Source of the DNA: Eledone cirrhosa
Taxonomy: Eukaryota
NCBI GenBank assembly: GCA_964016885.1
Contig: OZ024743.1
Coordinates: forward strand, 289,168,001-289,232,000
Direction of reading: 5' to 3'
DNA: 64,000 bases
Shown in pieces: positions 33,280-51,383 of the stretch (positions are counted from its first letter, which is position 1; each line of letters opens with the position of its first letter). The notes below the pieces were generated by a model, which saw only the letters and a list, made by a program, of their open reading frames with translations, searched no databases and was not told the DNA's origin. The position numbers were made by a program, and so were the translations under genes.

Positions 33280-35104
33280 AGTAACAATTCCCCCAATAGG
33301 TGGGAGTACCATCCACGGGTAACGTAGGAATTACACAGATCCTAAACCACCCTAATGAACCAGGGACAGCACTTCCCTTTCTATTTCGCCTTCTTTTCCA
33401 AGTAGATGTTAAAGAGGTCGACACGATCTTGCCCGAAGAGGAAAATGTCGTGTCCACCACCCACTCTCTTTCGTCATTTCCACCAGACAGAAGAAAACTG
33501 CCTACTCTTCTCGGCCAAACGAAGTAGGTGGGGAAATCTTAATGATGGTGTCGTTCCATACCCAGATCCTTCCTACACGTGGCAATATCTGTTCTGTTCA
33601 ACAAAAATCCAGAAGTCAGCGCTACCCGGGCACGGGACAATTGGGTGCAGAACGATTTCATCGCTCTCCGCATATCTCGGCCTACTCCATCTGACAGCAT
33701 TTCTGTGCATGTAAGGTTTGGCCCTCTAGTAGCTCCCTGGTAGCTCATTGGAAGCACAGTCAGATTTCTTGAAATTGTTCATAGTTTTCGGCCCATTTTG
33801 GGGTAAGTGTGACCACTCTGTTAGATACCTCTTCCCATTTCCTACCCAGCTGGAAGTCCGGAACTAGCCAGACTCCGAGCAACTTGACCGGTCAGTCCGT
33901 CCAGCCCCAACGATGGTGTCGAAATGCAAACCCACCGACTTGTCCATATTGATCTTTGCTCACGTCAAGGTTTCACATTTCTCTAAGAAGTTGACGACCA
34001 GCTCGATTGCCGAGGTATTCGACACTAGCGTATTCGAGAAATATATTCGCTACTTGCCAGACATTGGTACTGCCAGATCGGATTCTTGACGCTTTTACCC
34101 CCCCCCCCCTTATATCAGCTACAACCAAACAGTTACAGCGTACGCCCAAGATACCGCCTCAGTCTCTTGCTAACAATAAAGGGCGAGAAATTCCTAGAAA
34201 GTCTTCCAGCTGCCTCAAGAATCCAGCCAACCAACACCAATTGTGGCGTAGACCGTCACCAGTCCAAATGGACCACCTTCTCTATTGCTCACACCCAGGA
34301 CCATCAACTTACTCTTCAGGTCAAGGAAGACGCTTAGATCACAAATGCATCAAATATGGAGGCTACAGCGTGCCTGTCGGAAATCCGTTTCTCGGTGACG
34401 GCGGTCACATCCATAAGGTCGTTGAACAAGCGACATTCTACCATGATTACCGCAGGCCATTTACGTTAATGCAACTTACTCGCAATGGCCGTAAAGGTTT
34501 GAGTGAAACAGGGGGGGGGGGGGGGGCTTCGTACCTTCCGGAATGCTGCTGGAGATCGGGTAGTTGGACACTATATCGTATTGGGCCTGCTTTTTCTGCT
34601 GCTGTTGTCGTTGTTGTTATCGTTGTTGCTGCTGCTGTTGTTGTTGTCGATGATGTTGTTATTGTTGCTGGTGTTGTAGTCGTTGTCGTTGACGTTGTTT
34701 TTGTTGTTGTTGTTGTTGTTGTTGCTGTTGTTGTTGTTGGCAAGGAAGCCTTGATGGTGATGTCTATAGTGGTATAGTGCCAGTAGTGATGGTAGTGGTA
34801 GTGGTTACGTTGGTCTTCTTCAATTCTGCCTTCTGGCTGCATGCCTTTTTCTTTTAACTTTCTGCTTTCACTGTTTTGCTCTGTGGACGGGGAATGGAGG
34901 TTTGACTCGTTTGTTTTGTAGAATTTTAGGGGTACACTTTTCAAATATAATTGCAATATTTGGGCCCAAGACCCAAATATCATGCAGTCAGCTTTTCTGA
35001 GGGTAGTGTATTTGCAGTTCCTAACAAAATAATTCGGTATGCAAAGGTAAGAATCAACAAAACTTACGGAGCAAAAGTATGCGGGAGGACTACTTGCAAA
35101 AACC
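33280..35104 (-). mobile_element. Decayed, internally deleted Tx1-like copy C (boundaries approximate)
   Basis: Collinear patches homologous to copies A/B: 3'UTR AATTCCCCCAATAGG (~33286), ORF2 C-terminus (CACCAGACAG..AAAACTGCC ~33481), WTD.PVKLLGVW region (~33850-33905), APE start LRVSCINVNGLR (~34450-34485), Thr-rich ORF1 remnant; 5' end abuts degenerate (AAC/AAT)n. Confidence 0.75.
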
Positions 35105-35299
35105 AACAACAACAATAACAATAATAATAGTTGTAATAGTAATAGTAATAAATATGCTTATAATGAATTTCATCATAAATCAAAGATGCTAAAACGATTC
35201 CACAGACAATCTGACAATTCGTATGATGAATATATCATGTGATATAAAACGATATTATATTATACCAGGCATACATACGTGTGTGTGAATGTATAAACA

Positions 35300-35544
35300 T
35301 ACACAATCGCACATACATACACACACACACACATATATATATAGTACGCATATATATATATATATATATATTATGCATATAGAAATATGTATGTAAGTAC
35401 GTATGCGTGGATGAACCTATATTTATATGTATATATAATGCATATTCACAGGCATATTTATATATACATATATATATTATGCACATATATAGTTATATAT
35501 ACATATATATACAAAAATATATACATGTATGTATATATATATTC

Positions 35545-35575
<31 letters not shown>

Positions 35576-35749
35576 CATATATATACATATATATATACAT
35601 ATATATATACATATATATACATATACATATATATATACATATATACATACATATATATATATACATACATATATATATACATATATATATATACACACAT
35701 ATATGCACATACATACATATATATATACACACACACACACACACCCACC

Positions 35750-35787
<38 letters not shown>

Positions 35788-36467
35788 GTGAAATAAATAC
35801 TTTCGGATTTGAGGAAGAAATATGAGAAAGGTTATACTAATGACTTGTGTCTGAAAGTGTTATATATCAGTGAATCGTGGGAAGATGCTGTTTTCAGTTG
35901 TATTGTTGATCATCTCTCTGCCAAGACGTGGCCTTCTATAGGAACTCACATGTATATATTTATTTACGTATGTATTTACATACATGTTTAGGTACATACA
36001 TGTATACATATATGTGTGTATTAACCTATATACTTATACACAGCCACACACATATATACATATATATATATACATATATATACATATATATATAGATACA
36101 TATACATACATATATATATATATATATACTTATATATATACACACATATATATATACATATATACATATACATATATACATATGTATATATATAAATATA
36201 TACATATATACATATACATACATATATATATATATATACTTATATATATACACACATATATATATATACATAAATACATATACATATATACATATGTATA
36301 TATATAAATATATACATATATACATATATACATATATATATACATATATATACATATGTATATACATATATATATATGTATGTATATACTTATATATATA
36401 CATACATATATATATACATATATATATATACATACATATATATATATACATATATATATATACATAC

Positions 36468-36498
<31 letters not shown>

Positions 36499-36515
36499 GT
36501 GTGTGTGTGTGTGTG
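35300..36515. repeat. Long (TA)n/(TACA)n/(CA)n low-complexity arrays
   Basis: Directly visible, with a unique island at ~35790-35950. Confidence 0.95.
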
Positions 36516-37074
36516 CATTTCATTTTATTATTTTGTGGAAGTTATACCAGTTGCTTAAGTACTCTGACTTTCGTGCTTTATATCTCTCGGACCTAATGTC
36601 CGTGATGTTTGGTCTTAGCTATAATATTATACGTATTTCTAAGCGTGTGTCGACCATTCTTTCTCCAGTTTGGCCATATATATGCGTACTTGTGTATATA
36701 CGTAGGTGTATATATGTACATACATACGCACTCCCTCACGCACACATGCACACATGCACACAAACACCCGCACTCACACACTTATATATGGAGTCCTATC
36801 AATTTTTATATCACAGTTTAATGAACTATAGGAACAGTAAAAATAAATAAATTGCAAATGTAAATATATATTTATTTTCAAACATTCTTGTTGTCCAATT
36901 GTTAAAGAAAATTACCCCCCCCCCCCAAAAAAAAAATGAATAATACAGTCAAAACCAATATATATATATGTTTGTTTATATTGTAATTTCAGAGTAATCA
37001 AGAATTTTCAATTAACGAATTTTTTAGCCATAACGGTAATTTTCTATCACATTTCTAATGTATTCCTTTATATA

Positions 37075-37150
37075 TGGCCGAATGGTTAAGGAGTTCGCTT
37101 CACAATCGCAAGGTTCCTGGTTTGAGCCCCATGCGTGGGATCTTGGCAAA
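37075..37150 (+). mobile_element. tRNA-like SINE head (not a functional tRNA)
   Basis: TGGCCGAATGGTTAAGG (box A-like) ... GGTTTGAGCCCC (degenerate box B) followed by TGCGTGGGATCTTGGCAA; no complete acceptor stem. Confidence 0.55.
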
Positions 37151-38382
37151 TTATCATTTTTTAAAACGGTTTATATCCTTAAACGGTTGCAACGTAAATT
37201 TAACCTATAATTGTTGTCTTCGTGGTATCTGGATTTAAAGACGTGTTATAATTTGTTTGTTGTTGTGGTGTGTTTCCACTATCATTTCAGCTCCCATCTA
37301 GCACGATTTGCTGCTACATCTTCCCATATTTTATTATGCGATTCATCTTTCGCTCAGGTGAGTCTATGAATAATAAACATTTTCAGTTATACCACCTTGT
37401 ATTACAAACGCGTTCTTGTCTTCACATTGCAGGATGATTTCCTCGGCGTATAGCGCTGAACATCGTTCTCAGAAGGGATCAGTTTCCCAACACAACTCGT
37501 GCTTGCCGGCCTCAATAGAGGTGATAGCAAGAAGCCAGACTAGACAGCATTTCTTATTCTGGATCTCCTCATGCTGCGACACGTTCTCCAACTCTAAAAA
37601 TGGCTTCGGCCATATCAGAGCCCTAACACAGAAAATTGGAAAATATCCAAACATCAATCTTGACCTTCCCTTTTGTGCCGGTCGAGACCTCCACTTTCCC
37701 CGTTCTCTGAAGTGCCGTTTTCCTCCGCAAAATATATGTATTCACCATCCTTTGCTGAGGTCTCTTATAGCCTATTAGTTAACCTAAGGGAGTTTGGTTA
37801 GGGAGCAATGTGTGCATAGTGTCCACCCATATTGATGGGATTTATAGCAAACTTTATTTAATTTACTAATTCCTTGGTTACAACGTTCTATATACGGATA
37901 CTTGAATGCTTAATTTTCCTTGATTTCTACTGTGGGTCATTCCAACGATAGCCTATTTCGGATTCAATTAAGTTAACTCAATGGCAATAATTTCTTCTAT
38001 ATATTCGTTACTCATTACCACACATAGAGGCATTAAATTACGACGAATTTGTTCTACCTATCTATCTACCTTCGGACTGTTATTGGGACTGGTGATTTGT
38101 TGTTATTTGCCCAAAATCTTTAAATTGGTAACTACATATGAATACATTATTATCGATTCATAGAAGGACAGACAAATAGAGAGGTATGTACGTAGGTAGG
38201 TAGGTATGTAGGTACGAAGGTGGGTGGTTATGTGGGTAGGTAGGTAGTCACCTGTAGGATGCAGCCGGTGTGAAACTGACCATCTTGCCAACACTGGAAA
38301 AAGAGACGTAAGGAGTGAAATATCAACTTAAATTTTCATAAAATATATAGCACAAAATGGTTGTTAGTAGACACATGCGTTT

Positions 38383-38388
<6 letters not shown>

Positions 38389-38439
<51 letters not shown>

Positions 38440-38634
38440 CTAATGTATTTAAACGGGCTAGGCAGGGTAGAGATACGAAAAAGTCACAATACTCATCACC
38501 AACGCAATAAATTGTGTAATTTAGGTAGTAGGTTATATGTCACGTATATACAGATGGATTTCTACTTTGAGAACTCTTGAAGTATCTCTTGGGTGAAAGA
38601 CAGGTGTATGTGTGGCATTTAACCTTCTAGATTT

Positions 38635-38733
<99 letters not shown>

Positions 38734-38845
38734 AACACAAACATACGCACGCACACACCACTATTTATACATATAAATATATATGCGTGTATGATAGTGT
38801 AGCCGTATGTAAATATTTGTACAAATACACGCACAAATACATGTA

Positions 38846-38889
<44 letters not shown>

Positions 38890-39008
38890 CATATATATAT
38901 ATACATACATATATGTATGTATCTGTGTGTGTGATTGTATACACACACACATATATATACATAGATATATTTATATATATATGTGTCTGTGTATACAATC
39001 ACACTCAC

Positions 39009-39063
<55 letters not shown>
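38389..39063. repeat. (TA)n, (CA)n and mixed dinucleotide tracts
   Basis: Directly visible; (CA)n 38636-38730. Confidence 0.95.
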
Positions 39064-39065
<2 letters not shown>

Positions 39066-39360
39066 GATGCGTGTATGTCTTTTTGCATATCGTGATATGT
39101 TGATATGCTGATATGTAACCAAAGAAAAGATTTGCATCAAGAAAGCTCTAATAATATTTTGATCAAATTATTTTTGTAACTTCACTCTTCTTTCTTTCTT
39201 GCTTCTTTATTATTTCCCCTGTATCATTTTCCTATATATTTATTTTTCACGATTACTGTGCGTTTTTGTTTTATTTGTTGTTGTTTTTGTTCACATTAGA
39301 TTTTTTTCCTTTTTATTGTTTGATTGCTTTTTCATTTCATTCTTACTGCGGAATTTTACG

Positions 39361-41047
<1,687 letters not shown>

Positions 41048-42520
41048 ATTTCTTTATGTATCTACCTATCTATCTATCTATTTATCTGACTAACTATCTC
41101 TCTGCAAGAAGAAAAAAATATCGCTCATATGGCCCACACATGTTGCAAGGAATCAGCAATTCTTCCTTGTTTTTTAATCTTCTTCGTTTAGTTACACGGG
41201 GCCACGTGCAAATAAAAAAAAACTATGCACAAAAAAGAAACAAAACGTTAGCAACTAAAGCCCACAAAAATATATTTCAATCATATTTGCACATTAAATG
41301 GATTAATGGAGCTGACAATGACAACCTTATTCTAAATTTGATGAATTCCGAGAATTCTTACTATAGGCAAATCATGCTCAACTAAGTCAAGAACCCCATT
41401 TTTCTCATCCAGCACCTGTACAATATATCAAATAACTTTGGTACATGTTCCTTTTATATTCTTTTCTTTCTTGGGACTGTCGAGGTGTGGTGTATGTTAT
41501 TTGGGTGCATGTTATGTATTCATGCTGTCGGGTTAGAGAATTTTCAGAAACATTGTGGCGTAGGATACAATATCTTGTAGTATTAGTTCCAGCCATCTAC
41601 ACCTTCATTTCACATCCCACGAAGGTCAACCTTGGTTTCCTCCATTCGGGGACGATGACGTTATGCTGTTGCAATTGTAAGAAAGCTGAGCAAGTTTAAC
41701 TCAAGGTATATATTATATTTTTACGTTCTGAGTTCAAATTCTCTTTAGAGCTTAACATGCAAAGGATGACCAAATTTAAATACGTGACCTTGAAAGCACA
41801 GCTTATTGTGAAAAGCTGCATTAGATAGAGGAATATAGTGGCATTCTGTTACCGTAGTCAAACGATGATGATGATAAGGATGATGATGATAAGGATTTGA
41901 GCTTAGCATTGCAGGAAAGGGACATTGGTAATGTAATTAATGGTTAAATGTGAGTGGCAGAATAGGTAGATCAAATGATTACATAAATTGTGACATACCT
42001 CAGTTCAAGCTGTTCCATGTTTATCGTTACCTTTCATACATTCAAGTTGAATACATTAAGTAAAATAAACTGGCAATTCATAATCTGGGTTTAAATAATG
42101 TAGCCATTAAGATACGTGGTTGAAAATATATTTAAAACACTTAACGTCTTCTTCAGCATGAAAGCACATCAACTAGTGTAGGAAAGAAAACTCTAATACC
42201 TACCAATATTATTCTTTGCTTCGGATTTCCATGACTCGTCTAAAACAATGTCGGAGATAGGCATTTTTATGAGAGTATTGACCGTACATGTTTTTTTAAT
42301 ATCGCGGATGAGTACAGAAACAATTAACAGCATAAGATGCGCGTTCATTGTACTTGTTGATTGCAAAGGAAAATATAATAGATCGTTCCTTCGTCTAAAA
42401 TGTGTAGCTATTTGCTCCCCCCCTCCCACCACCACAAACACCTTTTTACGATTCCTGACAAATCCAACTACAACAACCGGCACCTCATATAATACATTCT
42501 ATAATGTTAATCTTCAGTAG

Positions 42521-42640
42521 AATGAACTGAAGCAATGTGTAATGAAGGTCTTTGTTCAATGGCACATAATGCCACGTGTGCTGGGAATCGAACCCATGAC
42601 TTTATGATAATGGGTCCAACATCTTAAGCGCCAGACAAAT
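42521..42640 (-). mobile_element. SINE family B 5' fragment (tRNA head)
   Basis: GAACTGAAGCAATGTG...GGGAATCGAACCCATGAC, homologous to 51570-51680 and 52485-52590. Confidence 0.55.
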
Positions 42641-42660
42641 AGGTTTCAAATATAACCTCA

Positions 42661-42851
42661 CGGATGCCATGCTTTGCAGCATAGAGTTACGGCTCTTTAT
42701 GATCTGAGTTCAAATTCTGCCGAGGTTAACTTTGCCTTTCCTCCTTACGGGGTCGATAAAATAAAGTACCAGTAATGCACTGAGGTCGATTTAATCGACT
42801 TTCCCCTCCCCCAAAATTGCTGGCCATGTGCCTATATAAGAAACCATTATT
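42661..42851 (+). mobile_element. SINE family A, long-tail variant
   Basis: Conserved box B and centre plus GGTCGATTTAATCGACTTTCCCCTCCCCCAAAATTGCTGGCCATGTGCCTATATAAGAAACCATTATT. Confidence 0.9.
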
Positions 42852-44539
42852 AAGCTGATGTTTGGAGCATAGCTTTAAAAAGATTCTTACACAAAACCAT
42901 AACAGAAGGTTTTAAAATAAATATAATTACTTTTAATGCTAACAGATTTGTATCGCCGAACCAGGACTGATTTGATTTCAGAAAGTATAAGTGTAAGGAA
43001 CGGCATTTTCAATACTGAGTTGAAATCCATCAGAGTAGGAAGTGAAATTGCTTCCCTCTGGACTGGATAAAATTAGTACCAGTGATTTTCTGCTATTTAC
43101 ATAGAATACTCTCCTTTATCGATATATGCATTAAGGGTAAACCAATTCGAGATCAACTTGACTTGTTACCGCTCACAAGAATGACTAACATTCATTTAAT
43201 CCTGTAAAATGCTTGACTGTGTTAGAAACGCATTAGTTACTTAGTTACAATCCCGATTCCAAAATCAAATTTGCTTTGATTCTATAAGTAGCGGTTGTTA
43301 TACTATAAACATCAGAATATCAGAAAAATATTCTTACCCATTCCGACACCGAATATGCTCTCAGCCTGAACCCAACAACGTCTGCTTATATTGTATCTGA
43401 ATATGGACAATATGAAATTATAGGTTAGACAGCGTTAGGTTGTAAATCTTGCGGTGTCAAGCAGACAAAAGTCTGTAGTGTCAGGAAATTCAAATCGATA
43501 TTCAACGTCTCCAACAATCATATGAGTACAACAATCACTCTCGAGTGCTACTGGTAACATGTAACCCAGTACAATATGTTGCATGGTCGGGCCGTCGGTG
43601 ACTAAACCGGCAACCCCACCAAGTTTACTTGGTGAGGAGGGTGATTTTGGACACCCTGCAGTACAAAAGACAAAACCTGACAAAGGGCGGAAGAACTCAT
43701 AAGAGTCAACGGCCATCTAAAAAAATAGAAATTCTGCCAAATCGAAAGACTGGTGTAGTAGTTCTGAGAACAATGCCGTTTTGCAGATGATCAATACAAA
43801 TTGAAAATGGAAAGGGGCTCCCGCTCAAGTTAGAAGAGAACTATTGACCTTCAGGAAAGCAGCGATCCCTGATTGTATTTAGCAAACGAAACAAATATGA
43901 AGTATACCAAATCCAGTGCTCCTGGGGGCGGCCCTGGTTCTTCTTATTTGCGAGTGTAAACTCGGTCAGATTAGATTAGATTAAGCACCACCAGCTGGGC
44001 CATGGATGTATTTATCAGAGAGCAATCTGCTCTATGAATTCAATCCAGAACTGATCTACAGTTTATGAGTACTTTTTCCCCCTGGCATGAGTCGGGGAGG
44101 GGGGGGGGGGGGGGCAAGGAAACTCATCTTTGTTCACTGAATCAATCGTAAAATTTACTCATGCCCCTAATTTTATGATTCTGTGCCAAATAAAGTATTA
44201 CTATTCTTAGCAGCTGTCAAAATGCCTAGCATTATATGTATTGGCTCTTTAGGTTCAAGATACTAATCTAGCCGAGGTTATCTTTGTCTTCTGTCTTCCC
44301 GGTGTCGATAAATCCTTCTATTTCTCAAGTACTGGGTTGATATAATTGGCTAATACCTGCCAAAATGTGCTAATGAGATAATCACGTAACTTCTACTGGA
44401 ATCGGAGGAGCGACCTATGCGGCATTTCTTGCGTTTTTTATGCCCGGTGGAACTCATGATTCTCCAAGTCTGAAAACAGCAGATTCCTACCAGAGAAGAG
44501 TGGAGAGTGGGATAGAGAGAGAAAGTGAGTAAAAGGAAT

Positions 44540-44701
44540 CGGCCCCAGTAAATGACCGGAACTTTTTTATCGACCTCGAAAGGATTAAAGGCAAAGTTGA
44601 GTTGACCGCGGCAGGATTTGAATTAAAAAAGCAGAGAACCAAAACGAATAACGCAAAGCATTCTGTTCGCCATTTTAACAACTCTGCCAATTCGTCGCCT
44701 T
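44540..44701 (-). mobile_element. Diverged SINE family A copy
   Basis: Reverse-complement match TTATCGACCTCGAAAGGATTAAAGGCAAAGTTGA..GGATTTGAA..CTGCCAATTCGTCGCCTT. Confidence 0.7.
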
Positions 44702-44762
44702 ACGTCGTGCTGACTTTATTGGTAAATTAAAGCATTTTTGATAATTATTATTGGTTTTGCAG

Positions 44763-44937
44763 AAGGGTGGTGAATTGGCAGTATTGGTAGAGCACCGGAC
44801 AATATGCTTTGCGGCATAGAGTTCAAATCTCACCTTTCATCGTTAGGGGTTCGAAAAATAAAGTACCAGTAATGCACTGGGGCCGATTTAAAACACTTCC
44901 CCCTCCCTCCAAATATGCCTACATCAGAAATCATTAT
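44763..44937 (+). mobile_element. SINE family A copy with internal deletions
   Basis: GGTGGTGAATTGGCAGTATTGGTAGAG...AAATAAAGTACCAGTAATGCACTGGGG...AGAAATCATTAT. Confidence 0.75.
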
Positions 44938-45641
44938 AGGGTTGGCAGAATGGCTAGGGAGTCGGCTAAAATGCCTTGAATTTTATGTTTGAATATCTAC
45001 TTACTTTGCTCAAATCTCGTTACGGTCGATGTGGCCTTTTATCCACCCAGAGGTGAGAAAATACAGGATCAATCATGGACCGAGATCGATATATTTGACT
45101 GAACCTGGCATCTCAAATTTCTCATATCGTGGGTATGAAAGAAACAATTATTATTTAAATTACATTGGTTTTTATTGTTCTTGCTGCTATTGTCGTCATT
45201 CATTCCCATTTAGATTCCGGATTAACAATATAGCCACATGGGCCCACATGTGCACACATATGTTCACATCTGCAAAAACATTTCCACACACGCACAGAAA
45301 GAAACACACATTCACGCACAGAAACAAACCCAAACCTATATATACATACACGTACAATCATACACCATAATACACATACATTTATACAAACAATGATACC
45401 CAATCCAGACTGTAACATATGTTACACACGTACACATATACATAAATGTACACACAAACATACCTAGACAAGTACTAAGTACACAAATACCAGCTAAATA
45501 ATGTAGGTATTTTATTGTTTTTCATTTTGTTGTTTAACTTCTTGTTCTACGATGTTTTTGAACTTATTAACTTACATAGCTGTAGTTCCAAGCCCACTAC
45601 TTATGAATTCGCTCCTTTTACTCAAAGAATACACGTGCTCC

Positions 45642-47672
<2,031 letters not shown>

Positions 47673-48493
47673 ACATATCTGTGGTGACTCTAGCTCATTA
47701 ATGTTACTCGGGTGTAGGGTGATGAACGTTTTAACCAATTCTAATCAACGTATTATTTATTCATCACATTAATGGACAATTTATAGAAATCTCAGTGTAC
47801 AATCTATGCGATTATTCGAGAAATAGCCATCTTACGAAGCCCGCTAAATTATCACTATTTATCAGAAAAATTCTTTTTTTCCAATTATCCTTCTACTAGG
47901 AAGTTTCTTTCTTGACAACTCATCTGATTCGTATTTAAGACTTCTCTCTTGTATTTAACTGAAACGAGATAAATTCTTCAAGCAATCTTATAGTATCTAT
48001 AATTTATTCTGCCACCGTCCGAACTCGTTTCCCCATAACTATATAAACAATATTACCAACAGAAATATATTATATATATATATTTCAGCCAACATTTTAT
48101 CGTATGAAGTTATAACAAAGTTATATTCCTCGAAAAAAGGTAGGATGTGCATATGTTCAAGAGACTAACCTGCCCCTAAAACATTAATATAAACAACGAA
48201 ATTTATTTAGGTCAACACTATTATTTCGAATTAAGTACAAACAACGCTCTATTTAAAAAAAATATAATAAATTAAAACATGTCATGACATTTCTTTTCAT
48301 TCTTAGTTGTCCAGGGAAAGATTTTTCAGTGAGAATCACGGTTGAGGTTTGAGAATGTATTACGGGTATTGGAAAGAGTGTTCTGTGGTATTTCGTGTTT
48401 GTTTGGAATAGTTAGACCGGGCAGTTGCAGCATTCGGGCTCTGCTCCAGTAGCCAGAGTTCTAGAATCACCCCTGAAACACACACAAACATAT

Positions 48494-48574
<81 letters not shown>
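48494..48574. repeat. (GA)n microsatellite
   Basis: Directly visible. Confidence 0.95.
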
Positions 48575-48576
<2 letters not shown>

Positions 48577-49629
48577 ATCACACACATACACACACACCCG
48601 CACTTATACTCATACACACACACACTCTCAAGCACACACACGGAAAAACACACACCGACACATACACACAAACAAACAAAACATACACACACATATATAT
48701 TCATATGTATAGATATATTGGGGTTACATAATACATATTTATGCAGAACTCCATGCATATTGGTATATTTATGCAAAATCGTTTGTCGATATCTGCTGTT
48801 TCTAATTAGAATCTCCGCTGTAAAAAGAATGTATTTTAAACACACTTTTGACTTGCTCTCTACCTACAAAACACATTACAGGTTATTTTCATCAGTTTCA
48901 GACACATTTGTTTCCATATCAAAACATAAGTATTCCTATTATTCAACACAGAGAGGGATCTCTAATCCAACATGCTCCCACCAACTCCTTTGTGGATGAT
49001 CGATCCCCTTCTCCTCTTCCATACCTACTACTCAGGCGCATCATCTTATTCACATTGTGTTTATCCGACCCACCATTTCCTGCATCCTCCTTGTGTCCAT
49101 CACCCGATCTATTGTATACCATACTTGTTCTTCACATCTATTTCCATCTCTCAAACAACTTGATAAGGTTGTCATATATCTCCCTGTTTCTATCTTCACA
49201 TCAATCCATCTAACTTGCTTCTATATCTATCTAAATGTATTTATACATGTTCTTTTCTAGTTTGATTACCTTTGTTTTCTTCATCTCAAGGAGTCGTAAA
49301 CACGTCTGTGGAATTTTAAACCTGACAGTACCCATCTCTCTCAAATTCTGCATAAAACCGATTTCTTCAAGACAGAAAGAGATAGAGCGAAAGAGATGAA
49401 AAGGAAAAAGAGACCGAAGAATAATTAATCATAGTAATAGACTGTTCATTTAGTTATCGACCAGGAGAGGATGGACGACAAAGTTTAAACCAACGGGATT
49501 TGAAAAGTGAACCAAAATGAATACCGTAAATCACTCTATGAGATGCAGATTGCCACACAGCTATGTCTTTTAATTCATCAGTTTACATATACGATCCTGG
49601 TCCTTTCTGTAAATGTGTGAGTTGGACAT

Positions 49630-49817
49630 CTGGCAGTTTTGAAGACACATCTTCCAGTTGATATGAAAAATGGAAGAGCCAGCTTGTGAAATTATCGTTC
49701 AAATGGTTAAACATACACCACACTTAACGTAGGTCTCAGGTAAAGTCAGAATGTTAACCCTTTGAATTATAGTTACAACACAATTTCCACAGCTATGTGA
49801 ACTTGAGCAACGTGAAA
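49630..49817 (-). mobile_element. SINE family B copy, 3' part (continues at 51000-51080 beyond the Helitron)
   Basis: Collinear with 51384-51690 (TTCCAG..GA..AA.GGAA.AGCC..GTGAAATTA...CTTTGAA..ACAAC..TTTCCA.AGCT..GAAC). Confidence 0.6.
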
Positions 49818-50999
49818 TCTATATATGTAAAACACAGGATGTCTGTCTGTGAAAATCCCTAAAACTCGAGAAGTACCCGACCGATATTTTTCAAATTTTA
49901 CACATGCGTTACTTATATTTCTTGAAGTGCAATGAGCTAAAAGGATTTTAACCTTTTCTACCCCAGGTCCCGCATTAGGCGAAAAACCGCATTTTAAAGG
50001 GATTTTTAAGATTTTTTTGAGGCGTAACTTAAAGATAATCCAGCCGATTTCCTCGAAATTTGCAGCACACATTAGTTAGTCCCATTGCATTGCTGTGGAC
50101 ATAAAAGTTTCCGATTCCATTAATGGGTTCTAGTAAATTTACGAATTAGCATTTGGCATTACATGCCATTTTCATTTTCAATATAAACGCTACTTAAACA
50201 TCGTAAGTAGCTTATAATATTTCGTTAAAATTCGTAAAGATTTAGTTTAATTAACAGAGGACACAAAAATTACTTACTTTTAAGCAGGACCATTTTCGGG
50301 GGATTGAGGAAATGAGGAGGACCTTAAAATTTTTGTCGGGACCCTGTTGACACTTCGTGCTTTCATCACGCGCAAATCCGGGCCCTGTGTAAGTTGCCGT
50401 GTCATTGACACCGTAAAACTCACGTCTGTGCTACTTCTACTAAGACCCCTTTTGTTGCATCTACACCGCAGTATGAACGCCCTGCGCAAGTACGCGGGAC
50501 AGCGGTTGTGCTAATTCCGCGGTGACCCCTTTTGTCACACCTTAGTTGCTGTGTAAACGCAGTGCAACCAGTGCCGCCCAGCGTTTGTGCTAATAGCACT
50601 ATGACCCCTTCTGCCGCAGCTGCGTTTCCACGCAGATTTCGTCATCGCAATATCCCTACTTAAACGTATATCCCTACTTGGTTTTCACACAATTGACTAC
50701 GTCGCTCCTTCAGACTGACGTGTGTTCCCCATCCGTGACTTACGACATCCCAGACTTACGACATACATCGCCCTACAACACTTACTTACTCCTTTTGCAT
50801 ACAGGATTTCCGCAATCAGCCCATTTACACTGCTACTACTGGATTCGGCCTGCTGGTGTTCTACGTTTCCAATAGATGAACAATCATTCCCTGAGAATAA
50901 GGGAATTCAAAAAGTACACAGCTACATTCCTCAATCTTTGCATATGCGTGGTGCTATTTCACGTTTCCTACCCCGTGCATCGCCGGGCCCTGCTGCTAG
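49818..50999 (+). mobile_element. Non-autonomous Helitron
   Basis: Starts TC(TATATATGTAAAA..TGTCTGTCTGT) after an A, ends CTAG before a T, GC-rich subterminal hairpin CCCG-TGCATCGC-CGGG at 50972-50987, no TSD; the flanks rejoin to restore SINE sequence GAGCAACGTGAAA|TAAAG. Confidence 0.85.
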
Positions 51000-51214
51000 T
51001 AAAGGATAAAACGCGCCACTGAGAATTGAACTCACATCTTATCAGCAATCCCTATATTAGCACGTACACTACCATTATCATAACCAACAGTGACATCAAG
51101 TACCAAGCATTACAAACTAGTTAGTGATCAATTCTCAGTTTGTCCGGGTTTGAAAAACGTCTTGAATGATACACCATGAGACTTTCCCTGACGAATCTTT
51201 TCTTAATGGAGCAG

Positions 51215-51344
<130 letters not shown>

Positions 51345-51383
51345 CACGCACATACACATATACACACAAACACACTAGTGTAA

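Noticed and set aside
37075-37150. tRNA gene
   Set aside because: Degenerate box B and no closing acceptor stem; better explained as a SINE head.
37416-37780. Possible RT remnant on the - strand (ALYAEEIIL resembling LYADD)
   Set aside because: A single degenerate motif with no supporting neighbours that I could verify.
50428-50630. Repeat-spacer-like periodicity resembling a CRISPR array
   Set aside because: Only three degenerate units, the intervening parts are themselves related, there are no cas genes, and it lies inside a eukaryotic Helitron.
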